From an uncultured Planctomycetia bacterium (GTDB lineage: Bacteria > Omnitrophota > Gorgyraeia > 2-02-FULL-51-18), in assembly GCA_964606485.1 (NCBI GenBank), contig CAZSGP010000002.1, positions 74,766 to 138,765 of the forward strand: DNA of 64,000 bases, in the 5' to 3' direction. Both the position numbers and the translations under genes were made by a program. This document shows positions 38,955-48,967 of the stretch, piece after piece; position 1 is the stretch's first letter; every line of letters starts with the position of its first letter. The notes under the pieces were generated by a model. It saw nothing but the letters and a program-made list of their open reading frames with translations, was not told the origin of the DNA and ran no database searches.

Positions 38955-40865
38955 CTATTCTTGGGACAAGCTCAAGGCTTTCTTGGCCTGCTCGAAACCC
39001 GGGTCAATTAGAAGGGCTGCTTCCCACTCCTTTTTAGCAAGAGCGCTCTCTCCCAGTCGGTAAAGAATGATTCCGAGATTGGTGTGGGCGCGAGCGCTTG
39101 ACGGATTGAGCTTCAAAGCGATTTCAAGCTCTTGGCGAGCCTTCTCGTTTTCTTTGAGCCTCCCATAAACCATGGCTAAGTTATTGTGGGCTTCTGCAAG
39201 ATTGGGCTTTAGCTCAATCGCCTTCTCAAATAGCTCAATCGCCTTCTCTGAATCACCCGTCTGGTCATACCATAAGGCAAGGTTATTGTAAGCGTAGGCA
39301 TTAGTGGGGTTCGCCTCGATGGCTTTTAAAAGATATTCCTTGGATTCGTCGGCGTGGCCGGTTGCCCCCATCGCAACCGCCAGGCCCTCGCTTGCCTTGG
39401 AGGAATCCGGATGAATCTCTAGCGCGCTTCTAAAGAACGAAATCGCTTGTTCATAGTTATGGGCCTTAAGATAAACGTCACCGGCATTGGTGTAATTTTT
39501 TTCCCAATCAGTGTTAACGAGTTTGAGCTGGGTTACAAATACCCCAAGCGCTAAAATCGCTGCATATAAAAACGCACTCCCCCATCGTCGCTCGCGCACC
39601 AAATCCCACAGCACAAAAAAACCAATAGCCGCGACAACTAGTATCACACTCAAAATTGGCAAACGATACCGCGCATTGATAAAAAAAAGTGTCACGCCCA
39701 AAATGTAACTGGCAAGCCACCCAAGCGTGAGCGCTTTGTACTTTAATTTTGAAAAATGTGCGGCGAGTCCCACCAAAAATAACGGTCCAATAATTCCAAA
39801 CCCAAGCCATGGAAACCGGAGCAGCGGGTTAAATTTCTTGGCAAATTCATAATCATCCACGTCTGAAATTTCCCTAGCATCGAAAAATAAAAGCAGTTTA
39901 TGAAACCAAAGTCTTACAAAATCTTCAGGGTTATTTAAAATGTAATTCCACGCCTTCCCAGACCAGTACGACGACACCTCTGACGGTTTGAGCGAACGCC
40001 CCAGATCTTGCTCGGCCACCGTTCGCGAGTCTCTAATTTGAGTTTCAACATTATTGCCCGTTCCTTTAGGCGCAAGAAACACACCCTCAGCATCTAAATT
40101 ATTTCCGATATAAAAATTAAATCCTCCGTGTGACGTGGTTGGTACAAAATCTTTCCCATAAATCCAGTTGTGCGCCGTCACCGGAAGAATAGGGATAAAA
40201 AACGCCACTATGAAAATAATTCCGCACAGCGCTAACTTTTTCTTTTTGAGTAGTGTCAGCATCATCACGCAGAAAAAAAAGGCCAACACAAACAACATCA
40301 CGCCGGCCTTCGTGAGAGCGGCAAGGCCTAGCAGGATGCCTAGAAAAAAAGCACGTGCACGTGTTGGGTTATCCCAAAAAAGAAGAACGTTGTAAAAACC
40401 AAACGCATACAACGGAATAGCGAGCGCTTCGGGAATCTGAAGTGTTTCGTGAAAAAACAAAGGCCCGTAGGCTGCGGCAAAAATTCCCGCGAGAATCCCA
40501 ACTCTCTCCCCACTAATTTTTTTTCCGATCAGATAAATCGCATACACGGAAGCGACGCCTAGCAACGCTTGGATAATTTTTACGGCAACGATCGAGCTTG
40601 AAAAAAATTTATAGCAAAACGCTAGGAAGTACGGGTAAAGCGGCAAACCATAAAAAACAGAGTCCCCTATCCAGTCGCCCCCCACAATTCGAAGCGCCCA
40701 GCGGTGATAGTACTCGGGATCCAAAATGACGGGTGCAAAAAAAGGACTTTTCTGGCTCAGGAAAAGTGAGCCAAGCCTCACAAGAAACGCGAACACAAGC
40801 ACCGCCCAAATCCAGCGAGAAGTCTTGGAAGTAGAAGCCAGCGGAACCTTAACGAGACGAGGCAT
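38955..40865 (-). CDS. GT-C-fold (PMT/ArnT-like) polytopic membrane glycosyltransferase fused to C-terminal TPR repeats
   Basis: 636 aa. About 11 TM helices in the N-terminal 440 aa, laid out as in dolichyl-phosphate-mannose-protein mannosyltransferase/ArnT-family proteins. The C-terminal ~200 aa carry four or five TPR-like repeats (…AYAYNNLALWYDQTGDSEKAIELFEKAIELKPNLAEAHNNLAMVY…). Confidence 0.7.
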   Translation of the reverse strand: MPRLVKVPLASTSKTSRWIWAVLVFAFLVRLGSLFLSQKSPFFAPVILDPEYYHRWALRIVGGDWIGDSVFYGLPLYPYFLAFCYKFFSSSIVAVKIIQALLGVASVYAIYLIGKKISGERVGILAGIFAAAYGPLFFHETLQIPEALAIPLYAFGFYNVLLFWDNPTRARAFFLGILLGLAALTKAGVMLFVLAFFFCVMMLTLLKKKKLALCGIIFIVAFFIPILPVTAHNWIYGKDFVPTTSHGGFNFYIGNNLDAEGVFLAPKGTGNNVETQIRDSRTVAEQDLGRSLKPSEVSSYWSGKAWNYILNNPEDFVRLWFHKLLLFFDAREISDVDDYEFAKKFNPLLRFPWLGFGIIGPLFLVGLAAHFSKLKYKALTLGWLASYILGVTLFFINARYRLPILSVILVVAAIGFFVLWDLVRERRWGSAFLYAAILALGVFVTQLKLVNTDWEKNYTNAGDVYLKAHNYEQAISFFRSALEIHPDSSKASEGLAVAMGATGHADESKEYLLKAIEANPTNAYAYNNLALWYDQTGDSEKAIELFEKAIELKPNLAEAHNNLAMVYGRLKENEKARQELEIALKLNPSSARAHTNLGIILYRLGESALAKKEWEAALLIDPGFEQAKKALSLSQE

Positions 40866-40873
40866 TTCGATTC

Positions 40874-41530
40874 TTAGCCTAAAAGAAGGCTAAGATTAAA
40901 GGAGAGTTTTTGGAAATTAAGCTCTTTTGGAAACGATCCGAACGGTCCGGCCTCGCGAACACAATTGACGGCGAACTCCTTTGCTAGAAAATTGGCGTTT
41001 GATTCGCCCTCCTTGACCATGATTTGCTCAAGCCTTCCATCGGAACTCAGCACGAAAATCATGGAGATATTTCCTTTTCCGGTTGCTTCAGCCGAATAAT
41101 TTTTAAAAACGGTATTTTGAATGCGATCCTTGATTTGACCAAAATATTCAGTGAACACCTGTTTCTTGCGCGGGTCAGCGAGTATCGAAGAACTTTGCCG
41201 GATAAGGCTTGGGTCAATCCCTCTTGATCTGGCCGCCGAACTCATAGCTACCGAAGTCTTTTGTGCTGTGGTAGCCGGTAAAGTATTTAAAGATTTTTGG
41301 AATTCGGCTTTCGGAGAAACTTTTTTAGGAGACGCTTCACGCTTTGGCGCGGTCGCTCTAGAGGCGCGCGAAAAAGACGCTGATCGCTCAGCCGGTGCCG
41401 CTTCCGAATACGAAACCCAAACCACATCATTCGCATTGCTAGTCGAAACCACTCCGGGAAGCACGCTAGCGCCTGCGTGAAGCGCGAGAGACGCCGCAAA
41501 AAACAAACTGAATTTACTTAAGTCCGTCAT
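40874..41530 (-). CDS. TonB-family protein (N-terminal anchor, Ala/Ser/Pro-rich linker, TonB-C-like domain)
   Basis: N-terminal hydrophobic segment, a low-complexity linker, and a C-terminal ~90 aa resembling the TonB C-terminal fold. Directly downstream of a TonB-dependent receptor. Confidence 0.55.
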   Translation of the reverse strand: MTDLSKFSLFFAASLALHAGASVLPGVVSTSNANDVVWVSYSEAAPAERSASFSRASRATAPKREASPKKVSPKAEFQKSLNTLPATTAQKTSVAMSSAARSRGIDPSLIRQSSSILADPRKKQVFTEYFGQIKDRIQNTVFKNYSAEATGKGNISMIFVLSSDGRLEQIMVKEGESNANFLAKEFAVNCVREAGPFGSFPKELNFQKLSFNLSLLLG

Positions 41531-41564
41531 GGGCTCGTATTATACTAAATTTTAGTGAACTTCT

Positions 41565-43727
41565 TCACCAAGAATACGAAACGCTAGCGCTATAGCTTCT
41601 GCCGGGCGCTGGAACATAAAAATTATCGGTTAGCGTCGGATCGGTGACAAAGGCAGACGGCGCAAGGCCCAAGCTTCCCGCAGACTCATACTGCTCATCA
41701 AGAAGATTCTCAACCCCAAAATTAAATTCCCAACTCTTCAAGCGGTACGTCGTTTTCAAATTAAAAACCGTGTAGGCCGGCAGTCTACGGCCATTGCGAT
41801 CGTTGTCGAGATCGTTCACAAGCACTTGCTTTGAAACGGCAACCATATTGAGATTCATATTCAAATTTTCCATGGGCTCAATCAAGAATGCGGTAGTCAG
41901 GCGATTTCTGGGAACCATCGGGATATGGTCCCCACTCTTTTGAACACCGCCGTTGTCGTTGGATTTAAACGTGGCTTCGGTATATGTGTGGGACGTTTTG
42001 AGTATCAACCACGACAGGCACTTCACCTGAAAAGAATTTTCAATGCCGGCTCGTTGGGTTTTTCCAAAATTAGAGTTCTGTCCAAAAAGATGTGTAGCGT
42101 CTGTTAAGTTGGGGTCGAATCCTATTTCATTGGTAGTACGGTTTAAAAATAAGGTGCTCGCCGCACTCCACGCCTTAGCCGCCCACTTGACTCCCAACTC
42201 ATAATTTGAAGCCTCCTCGGGCTTTAGCCGGGGATTGCCACCGAACGCCGGGTTAGCGTACAAATCCGCAAGCGTCGGCGTCCGAAATGATTTGCTCAGC
42301 GTACCGGTTAGAGTGAGCGAATCTACCACTTTCGCGGAGACTCCAAACGAATGGCTAAATTTATGCATCGAAGCCGGGATGTTGTTTCCAATGTTTACAA
42401 GATCGTTGTTTGTGATGTCGACATCGTCATACCGCATTCCAAAGTAAGCGCCCACGCGGTCATTCCACGACAAGGATCCTTTTCCAAAAACACCGAGCAC
42501 GTCTTTTTCGGAAGTGGAGTCGACCGCGTTCCCCAAACGGGATAAGGTGACTTTGGAACGGTTAAAATCTTCCTCATCGATGGAGTTCTCAGCATAGTCT
42601 ACGCCGATTAAAAATCCCTCCACGAGATCCCACATCACGTCTTTGGAGTGATCGAGCTGAATCGTCGTTCCCCAAGTGTTGTTGGTGAGATCGAGTTCGT
42701 TGTCATCCCGCACAAACGTGGCGAAGTTCGCGACCGATATTTCATGACTCTGCCGCGCGTACACGTTTCCACTCAAAGCAGCACTTTCAATCGGCTGCAG
42801 CTGAAAATCCAAAATACCCAAATGCGTATCCATGTCCGCAAAATTACGCGGACGTTCGGTCGCTTTACGGCCCATGTCGCGCAGATAAGACTCGCGGATA
42901 CTGCCGGAGCGGTCAAGATGCGCGTCGGCGTACAAATATGACGCACCCATTTTCAATACGTCAGTTGGATTCCAAGAGGCCTTGGTGTAAAAATCCTCTT
43001 TTTCAACGGAGGTATTTTTACGAAATCCTCTGGAGTGATAAAGATCCCCGGTCATCGCTAAACCAAAACCATCTTGCTTCACCGTGGTCTCAAAACTTTC
43101 CTGCCATCCATCAAAACTTTCAACGCCGGTTTTTATTTTTGCGTGCACACCTTCCTGAGTGGGGGTCAGCGCCACCAAATTCACCGCGCCCGCCATCGCA
43201 CCCTCCCCATAAAGAAACGAGGCTCCCCCTCGATTAACTTCAATACGGTCAATCATGCTAATCGGAATCAGCGCATAGTTGATGTTATTAGACTTGGCTT
43301 CATTAAGTCGCACGCCGTCCAACAAAAATACAAAATCGTCTCCCTCGTTAAATCCTCTAAAATCAATCGTCGCCTCTTCCCCGTTGCCGGATAAATCGCT
43401 CAACAGCACACCCGGAACATCTTCGAATGCCTGAGGAATATTCTGCACGTCTCTTTGGATGAGTTCGCGACGGCCAATCACCGTTGTCGACGTCACCGAA
43501 TTTTCTGCAAATTCATTCATGGGACTCGATAGACGCTTACCGCCCACCACAATTCCCCCTAAATCAAAAATGGAGTCCGCCAAAGTGCCAGCCGCTTTAA
43601 ACGGAAGCTCCACAAGATCTTGCGCGGGATTATTTGGCTGAGTTTCTTTTTTTTCTGAAGCTCCAGCAAGAACGGGGTGAATAAGCATTGCTAAGAGAAG
43701 GGTCCAAACGGTTATTTGCTTGCGCAT
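41565..43727 (-). CDS. TonB-dependent outer-membrane receptor, probably a cobalamin/corrinoid transporter (BtuB-like) given the upstream riboswitch
   Basis: Signal peptide, plug domain, 22-strand barrel, C-terminal …SYSASVSYSW aromatic terminus. The start is set at MRKQITVW (ATG 43727) behind an AGGAAGG RBS. The ORF-track start at 43751 lies inside the terminator U-tract and RBS. Confidence 0.85.
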   Translation of the reverse strand: MRKQITVWTLLLAMLIHPVLAGASEKKETQPNNPAQDLVELPFKAAGTLADSIFDLGGIVVGGKRLSSPMNEFAENSVTSTTVIGRRELIQRDVQNIPQAFEDVPGVLLSDLSGNGEEATIDFRGFNEGDDFVFLLDGVRLNEAKSNNINYALIPISMIDRIEVNRGGASFLYGEGAMAGAVNLVALTPTQEGVHAKIKTGVESFDGWQESFETTVKQDGFGLAMTGDLYHSRGFRKNTSVEKEDFYTKASWNPTDVLKMGASYLYADAHLDRSGSIRESYLRDMGRKATERPRNFADMDTHLGILDFQLQPIESAALSGNVYARQSHEISVANFATFVRDDNELDLTNNTWGTTIQLDHSKDVMWDLVEGFLIGVDYAENSIDEEDFNRSKVTLSRLGNAVDSTSEKDVLGVFGKGSLSWNDRVGAYFGMRYDDVDITNNDLVNIGNNIPASMHKFSHSFGVSAKVVDSLTLTGTLSKSFRTPTLADLYANPAFGGNPRLKPEEASNYELGVKWAAKAWSAASTLFLNRTTNEIGFDPNLTDATHLFGQNSNFGKTQRAGIENSFQVKCLSWLILKTSHTYTEATFKSNDNGGVQKSGDHIPMVPRNRLTTAFLIEPMENLNMNLNMVAVSKQVLVNDLDNDRNGRRLPAYTVFNLKTTYRLKSWEFNFGVENLLDEQYESAGSLGLAPSAFVTDPTLTDNFYVPAPGRSYSASVSYSW

Positions 43728-43740
43728 AAATTTCCTTCCT

Positions 43741-43777
43741 AAAAAAGACAAAACCCTTGGAGAGAATTCTCCAAGGG
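43741..43777 (-). terminator. intrinsic terminator hairpin forming the expression platform of the cobalamin riboswitch (perfect 12-bp stem plus U-tract), immediately 5' of the receptor RBS
   Basis: Minus strand: cccuuggagaGAAUUCucuccaaggg followed by uuuugucuuuuuu, then AGGAAGGaaauuuAUG. Confidence 0.7.
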
Positions 43778-43870
43778 TCCATGTCCCTGATTGCAGGGGC
43801 CCTAAAATGTTTAGCGCTTTTTCCGGCCACGGGAAAAGGCAGCATTCTTATTCGAAGGTAGGTCTTCTGA

Positions 43871-44035
43871 CTTCCCAGCCCTAGCTTAGCTAGCCTTCCC
43901 AATCCGGTTTACGAATCAGTGGCGACAATTGCTAAAAGGTTTTTCTCGTTCCGAGAAAACTGAGTTACAGCGGCGGGACCGTAGCCGATTTAAACGGCTT
44001 TCCCTATTAATGTCCGATTAAGGACAGCCTTCGAA
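43871..44035 (-). ncRNA. cobalamin (AdoCbl) riboswitch aptamer
   Basis: Minus-strand RNA contains UAGGGAAagccGuuuAAAUCggcuacGGUCCCGCCGCUGUAA (core), GCCACUG…GGGAAGGC, and a B12-box AGUCAGAAGACCUACC. An 8-bp P1 pairs UUCGAAGG (5') with CCUUCGAA (3'). Confidence 0.75.
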
Positions 44036-44056
44036 CAGTTTTTTATTTCAAAAAGG

Positions 44057-44085
44057 AGTGTAGATCGACGAAGCTTTTGCGTCAA
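44057..44085 (-). promoter_or_regulatory. sigma70-like promoter (TTGACG, 17 nt spacer, TACACT) driving the riboswitch-receptor transcript
   Basis: Minus strand: TTGACGcaaaagcttcgtcgatcTACACTcctttttg. It lies about 15–20 nt upstream of the riboswitch P1 and overlaps the upstream methyltransferase stop. Confidence 0.45.
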
Positions 44086-45008
44086 CTTTTTTTACGTAAA
44101 AAAATGGATCCTAAGAATGGGGTGTCGGGTGAATCATCAGGTAAATCGGTGTTACCAAAAACTTCAAGTCCCGATGGTCGGATCACATCCGCATGAAATT
44201 TTTCGCGAAATCCAAAGCGAAGCCCTTTGTCGACTGTGAGTGGCACGTGATTCAAATCATAGCAAAAAGTGATCCCGGCAATCCCTCCCGGCTTCAAAAC
44301 ACGACCCACTTCTTGCATCATTTTCTGGCGAACCGGCGAAATCAAATGTTCGATGGTGCAAATAGAAAACACGCGGTCAAAGGCGTTGTCTTTGTAGGGA
44401 AACGGCTGGTCAATATCCCGATCATCCGCTTTTAACCTCCAACCCATCTTTCGGGCCACGTAATCAGCGTTGTAAAGCGTGCCACAATTATTCCAATCGT
44501 TGTCCAAAATGGAGACGTCGCAACCCATGGATGCCAAATAAAACGAAAAAGGAGTCGACGCACCTCCAATATCCAACACGCGCTCCCCTTTTCGGACTCC
44601 GGAGTGATAAATGGTCCACGCATTTTCCCAGGATTTTGTTTGCTCGGATCGCGGATAAAACATGCGCTCCAAAAAAGTGGCGGCTGTATTGGTAAAAAAC
44701 AACCCCCTCTTTTTCAGATCATTCTTTAATGCTTCAACGGCTTGATTGATAGCGACTATTTCTTTTAAAGCAAGATCCCGCTCAAGAGAGGACAGTGCAT
44801 TTTTATTAATAAAATGGTTTTGATCGCTCTGAGCCGAGGAAAGTGGCTTAAAGGGTCCATCAGCCACTACGCCAAAGCCACCCTGCACTCTCGCCATTTT
44901 TTCGAATTGCCGCACCTGAGCCTGTCGGCGCGCTTTTCGAATCCAAGTAAAAAACCGGTAGGCTGCCGGTACGTACGGAGGAAAACGGTCATTGAAACTC
45001 TCCTTCAT
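44082..45008 (-). CDS. class I SAM-dependent methyltransferase
   Basis: Motif I VLDIGGASTPFSFYLASMGCDVSILD and post-I acidic residue. 308 aa. 4-bp overlap with the upstream GT2. Confidence 0.75.
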   Translation of the reverse strand: MKESFNDRFPPYVPAAYRFFTWIRKARRQAQVRQFEKMARVQGGFGVVADGPFKPLSSAQSDQNHFINKNALSSLERDLALKEIVAINQAVEALKNDLKKRGLFFTNTAATFLERMFYPRSEQTKSWENAWTIYHSGVRKGERVLDIGGASTPFSFYLASMGCDVSILDNDWNNCGTLYNADYVARKMGWRLKADDRDIDQPFPYKDNAFDRVFSICTIEHLISPVRQKMMQEVGRVLKPGGIAGITFCYDLNHVPLTVDKGLRFGFREKFHADVIRPSGLEVFGNTDLPDDSPDTPFLGSIFLRKKS

Positions 45009-45694
45009 TTGCCTACTCGCCTTTTGATCGAATAGCCAAAAAGAAAACGAAAAAACCGCAACGTATCTCTGACGGGTCGAATTTGACTAACTTCATTTCC
45101 GTACGTACAAGAAATTGGAACAGATTCTATTTTAATTTTAAGACGTGCCGCCTCCAAAATCATCTCCGATTCTATTTCGTAACGGTTCGTCCGCAGATTC
45201 ATTTTTTTGAAGGCGGGCGTGCGAAGAGCCCTAAAACCGCAAGTGCAATCTGAAATTTTTTGCCCAGCTGACGAAGAGATGATAAAAGACATCGCAAAAT
45301 TTGTCCAAACACGCACCCAAGGCATGGAAGTGTGTTGAGCCATTCGATTTCCGATTACAAAATCGGCACTAGATTCATTGAGAGTTTTCAGAAAGAGATC
45401 AATCTCTTGAGGTTCATGCTGTCCATCCGCATCCATCAAAACAACAGCCTGAAAATTTTCGTTATCGGCCCACTCCAAACCCGTTCTCAGAGCAAAACCT
45501 TTTCCTCTATTGGGATTTAGATGAATACAGTGAACTGGTAGACTGCTTAGAATTTGTGGGGTTGAGTCGCGAGACCCATCATCAACGACGCAAACAAGAT
45601 ACCCGAGCGAAATGATTTTTTCACAAACGACCTTGATATTTTTTTCTTCGTTGTGAGCCGGGATCACAACGCAGATTTGCGATTTTTCAATCAC
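45005..45694 (-). CDS. family 2 glycosyltransferase (polyprenyl-phosphate sugar synthase/DPM1/ArnC-like)
   Basis: ICVVIPAHNEEKNI…VVDDGSRDST…VVLMDADGQH motifs (DXD). 229 aa. Confidence 0.8.
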   Translation of the reverse strand: MIEKSQICVVIPAHNEEKNIKVVCEKIISLGYLVCVVDDGSRDSTPQILSSLPVHCIHLNPNRGKGFALRTGLEWADNENFQAVVLMDADGQHEPQEIDLFLKTLNESSADFVIGNRMAQHTSMPWVRVWTNFAMSFIISSSAGQKISDCTCGFRALRTPAFKKMNLRTNRYEIESEMILEAARLKIKIESVPISCTYGNEVSQIRPVRDTLRFFRFLFGYSIKRRVGK

Positions 45695-46632
45695 GGTAAG
45701 TTTTTAAAATGAGCCTTTCTATGCTCGATTTCTTTTTTTAGGGCCTCGAATGAATCCTTAGCGTGAAACGAACTTCTGACGGTGGGGGCGCTTTCGACCC
45801 ATAAAAAACCTAAATCCTTAGCCTCTTGTCTGTATCGGCTAAATTCCTCCGGTCGAATATACTCAGCTACCGGCACTCCGGTCCGACTCGACTTTAAATA
45901 TTGCCCTAGCGTCAACATATCACATCCGGCTTCGCGTAAATCTTTTAAAACACTTAAGACTTCTTCATGTGTCTCACCCAGACCCAGCATCAGACCGCTT
46001 TTGGTCAACACCGCATTGCTCTGACGTTTAATTTCCCGGAAAATCTGGAGCGACTTGTCGTAAAAACTTTGAGCGCGCACTGCTTTATAAAGCCGAGGCA
46101 CCGTCTCGACGTTGTGATTAAAAACATCCGGCATAGCACCTAAAATAAGTCGAATGGAATCGATTTGAGTTCTGCGAAAATCAGGCGTTAGTATCTCAAC
46201 GATGATCGAATCTGAAATGTCTTTTATAGCCTTAATGACCCGAACAAAATGAGGCGCACCCTCATCAATTAGGTCGTCGCGGTTCACCGAGGTGACCACC
46301 ACATGCTCAAGGCCCAATTTTTTGACGGCTTCCGCCACGCGGCGTGGCTCATCAGCATCAAGCGCACTTGGCCTCCCAGTGCTCACCGAACAGAAACCAC
46401 ACGAGCGCGTGCACACATCGCCCATAATCATGAAGGTTGCTGTTTTTTGGGAATAACATTCGTTTCGATTGGGACAACGACCACTCTCGCAAATCGTATG
46501 CAATTCTAGTTCTTGCAAGAGAGAATCTGTCTTAGAAGCTTCCTGGCCAGGCGAAAGAGAGCGCTTAAGCCAATCTGGAAACTGTCTTTCGGAAACCGGA
46601 TTAAGTTTATAGTCCGGTAGCGGCCTCGACAC
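45691..46632 (-). CDS. lipA: lipoyl synthase
   Basis: Radical-SAM cluster motif CTRSCGFCSV plus the auxiliary-cluster cysteines CESGRCPNRNEC. Confidence 0.93.
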   Translation of the reverse strand: MSRPLPDYKLNPVSERQFPDWLKRSLSPGQEASKTDSLLQELELHTICESGRCPNRNECYSQKTATFMIMGDVCTRSCGFCSVSTGRPSALDADEPRRVAEAVKKLGLEHVVVTSVNRDDLIDEGAPHFVRVIKAIKDISDSIIVEILTPDFRRTQIDSIRLILGAMPDVFNHNVETVPRLYKAVRAQSFYDKSLQIFREIKRQSNAVLTKSGLMLGLGETHEEVLSVLKDLREAGCDMLTLGQYLKSSRTGVPVAEYIRPEEFSRYRQEAKDLGFLWVESAPTVRSSFHAKDSFEALKKEIEHRKAHFKNLP

Positions 46633-47720
46633 TAATTCATAGCCTTAATGATCGCATCGGCCATCTGGCTTGTGCCAACGGCAGTCGGATCGTTGCGATC
46701 CGCTTTGAGATCATAAGTGACAAATTTTCCTTCGCCTAAAATTTTAGCGACGGCATTTTCCAATTTGTCAGCAGCCTTCGCTTGACCGATATGGCGCAAC
46801 ATCAACACTCCCGATAAAATCATCGCAGTCGGATTGGCTTTGTTTAAACCCTTATATTTTGGCGCGCTGCCGTGTGTCGCCTCAAAAAGTGCGATATCAC
46901 CGCCGATGTTCGCACCCGGAGCAATCCCGAGACCCCCGATCAATCCAGCGCAGAGATCCGACAAAATATCTCCATAAAGATTCGGCAGCACCAACACGTC
47001 GTAATCATTGGGCTTTTGCACAAGCTGCATGCACATGTTATCGACAATGCGGTCTTCGAACGCAATTTTTCCTTCGTAATTTTTAGCCACTTCCTTGGCT
47101 ACGCGTAAGAATAAACCGTCGGTTGCTTTCATGATATTGGCTTTGTGAACGGCCGTGACTTTTTTACGGTTATTTTTAATCGCGGTTTCAAACGCAAAAC
47201 GGACAATGCGTTCAGTTCCATATCTAGAAATCGGCTTGATGCTGATCGCCGGGTCCGGGTGAAATTTTGCTTTTGGGTTCAGCTCTATAATTTTATCAAC
47301 CAACACGCGGGCAGCATCTGTTTTTTCTTCAAATTCAATACCCGCATAAAGATCCTCGGTGTTTTCACGCACGACGATCAAATCAATTTTGCTGAATGGG
47401 CTACGTACACCAGCATAAAGCTTGCAGGGCCTGAGACAGGCGTACAAATCTAGCTCTTTTCGAAGCGCTACGTTCACCGAACGAAAGCCAGAGCCCACCG
47501 GCGTCGTCACCGGTCCTTTGATAGCAATTTTATTGCGCCGCACGGATTCAATGACTTCGTCGGGAAGCGGAGTCCCCTTCTTTTCCATTATTTCAGCGCC
47601 AGCTTCTGCTATTTCCCAATCAATCGCCACTCCGGAAGCTTCAATGCATCTTTGGGCCGCTAGGGACACTTCAGGTCCAATTCCATCTCCCGGAATCAAC
47701 GTTACTTTTATTTTGCTCAT
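46632..47720 (-). CDS. isocitrate/isopropylmalate dehydrogenase family protein (probably NAD-dependent isocitrate or homoisocitrate dehydrogenase)
   Basis: [18 protein letters not shown]… family start. The start is chosen at ATG 47720 (ATGA overlap with the upstream aminotransferase stop). The ORF-track start at 47741 is possible but overlaps more. Confidence 0.8.
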   Translation of the reverse strand: MSKIKVTLIPGDGIGPEVSLAAQRCIEASGVAIDWEIAEAGAEIMEKKGTPLPDEVIESVRRNKIAIKGPVTTPVGSGFRSVNVALRKELDLYACLRPCKLYAGVRSPFSKIDLIVVRENTEDLYAGIEFEEKTDAARVLVDKIIELNPKAKFHPDPAISIKPISRYGTERIVRFAFETAIKNNRKKVTAVHKANIMKATDGLFLRVAKEVAKNYEGKIAFEDRIVDNMCMQLVQKPNDYDVLVLPNLYGDILSDLCAGLIGGLGIAPGANIGGDIALFEATHGSAPKYKGLNKANPTAMILSGVLMLRHIGQAKAADKLENAVAKILGEGKFVTYDLKADRNDPTAVGTSQMADAIIKAMN

Positions 47721-48886
47721 TTTATATTTTTCCTCGTCCATTCGTTAATTTTGGATATTCCCTCTTCAATATCTTTTTCACTGCAGGCGAAACTAAGCCG
47801 GACATGCGCATCCGAACCAAAACTTTTCCCCGGAATCACCGCCACATGTGCTTCCTCTAAAAGACGGTCACATAAAACTTCAGAAGTAAATCCTGTCTTT
47901 GAAATATCGCAAAATGCATAAAAAGCGCCGGGCGCTTCAAACGGCTCGAAACCTTTAACCGCAGACAAAAGCTTGGTCATGAGATTGCGGCGCCTTTCGA
48001 ATATCGCACGAATGTCAGTCCGATAGCTCTTAGGTAGACCAAGCGCTGTAACAGCCATTTTCTGGCTAATCGATGTTGGGTTGGATGTCGAATGATCCTG
48101 AAGAATACCGATTTTTTTAATTACTTCCTTGTCGCCGGCCATGTATCCGATTCGAAGGCCGGTCATCGAGTAGCTTTTCGAAGTGCCATTCACCACAAAC
48201 GTCCGTTTTTTGATTTCAGGATTAAAACTCGCGATCGAAACGTGCTGTGCCCCACCGTAAACATAGTACTCATAAATTTCGTCGCTGATGCAGATTAAAT
48301 TTTTATCCACTACGACTTTCGCAATTTCACGAAGCGCTTTTTCATCAAGAACCGCACCCGTAGGATTCGATGGGCTATTGATAATTAAAATTTTAGACTT
48401 TGGTGTTAGCTTTGAGAGAATTGCCTCTGCTGAAACACGAAATCCGTCTTTTTGAGAGGTTGGAATGAACACCGGTTTTCCAGCGGCTAAATACACCATC
48501 TCCGGGTAGCTCACCCAGTAAGGCGTTGGAATTAAAACTTCATCTCCCGCCTGGCAAAGTACCTGAATGAGATTGTAAAGCGAGTGTTTGGCGCCGCAAG
48601 AAATAACAACTTCCTCAGGCAAATAGTCCAAACCCTGATCTTCTTTGAATTTTTTAGCGACTGCCTGACGCAGCTCCGGCGTTCCAGAAGTAGGCGTGTA
48701 TTTAGTAAAACCCGATTGAAGAGCTCGAACACCTTCGTCCTTTACGGCAGACGGGGTATCAAAATCAGGTTCTCCGGCACCAAAGCTAATCACCGGCAGC
48801 CCTTTTGACTTCATCTCCTTAGCCTTCGACGTAAGCTTTAGCGTCGCAGAGGGAGAAACTTGAGATAAGCGTTCAGCAATTTTCAT
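47717..48886 (-). CDS. pyridoxal-phosphate-dependent aminotransferase, class I (aspartate aminotransferase-like)
   Basis: 389 aa with the class I aminotransferase PLP-lysine region …[16 protein letters not shown]… and conserved N-terminal …GEPDFDTP…. Confidence 0.85.
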   Translation of the reverse strand: MKIAERLSQVSPSATLKLTSKAKEMKSKGLPVISFGAGEPDFDTPSAVKDEGVRALQSGFTKYTPTSGTPELRQAVAKKFKEDQGLDYLPEEVVISCGAKHSLYNLIQVLCQAGDEVLIPTPYWVSYPEMVYLAAGKPVFIPTSQKDGFRVSAEAILSKLTPKSKILIINSPSNPTGAVLDEKALREIAKVVVDKNLICISDEIYEYYVYGGAQHVSIASFNPEIKKRTFVVNGTSKSYSMTGLRIGYMAGDKEVIKKIGILQDHSTSNPTSISQKMAVTALGLPKSYRTDIRAIFERRRNLMTKLLSAVKGFEPFEAPGAFYAFCDISKTGFTSEVLCDRLLEEAHVAVIPGKSFGSDAHVRLSFACSEKDIEEGISKINEWTRKNIK

Positions 48887-48897
48887 AAAGGTTAGAA

Positions 48898-48942
48898 ATT
48901 ATAACAAAAAACCCCTCTCCTGACTATCAAAAGAGGGGTTTT
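48898..48942 (-). terminator. rplQ intrinsic terminator (7-bp GC stem plus U-tract) with an embedded extended -10 (TGTTATAAT) promoter for the aminotransferase operon
   Basis: Minus strand: ccccucu-uuugauagucagg-agagggg uuuuuuGUUAUAAUuucuaaccuuuAUG. The -10 is at 48898..48903, the TG at 48905..48906, and the aminotransferase ATG at 48886. Confidence 0.55.
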
Positions 48943-48967
48943 CTTAAATTAAATGACTAAAGACCGA

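Noticed and set aside
43727-43751. ORF-track start MSFLGRKF for the TonB-dependent receptor
   Set aside because: These codons are the U-tract of the riboswitch terminator and the AGGAAGG Shine-Dalgarno. The real start is the ATG at 43727 (MRKQITVW…).
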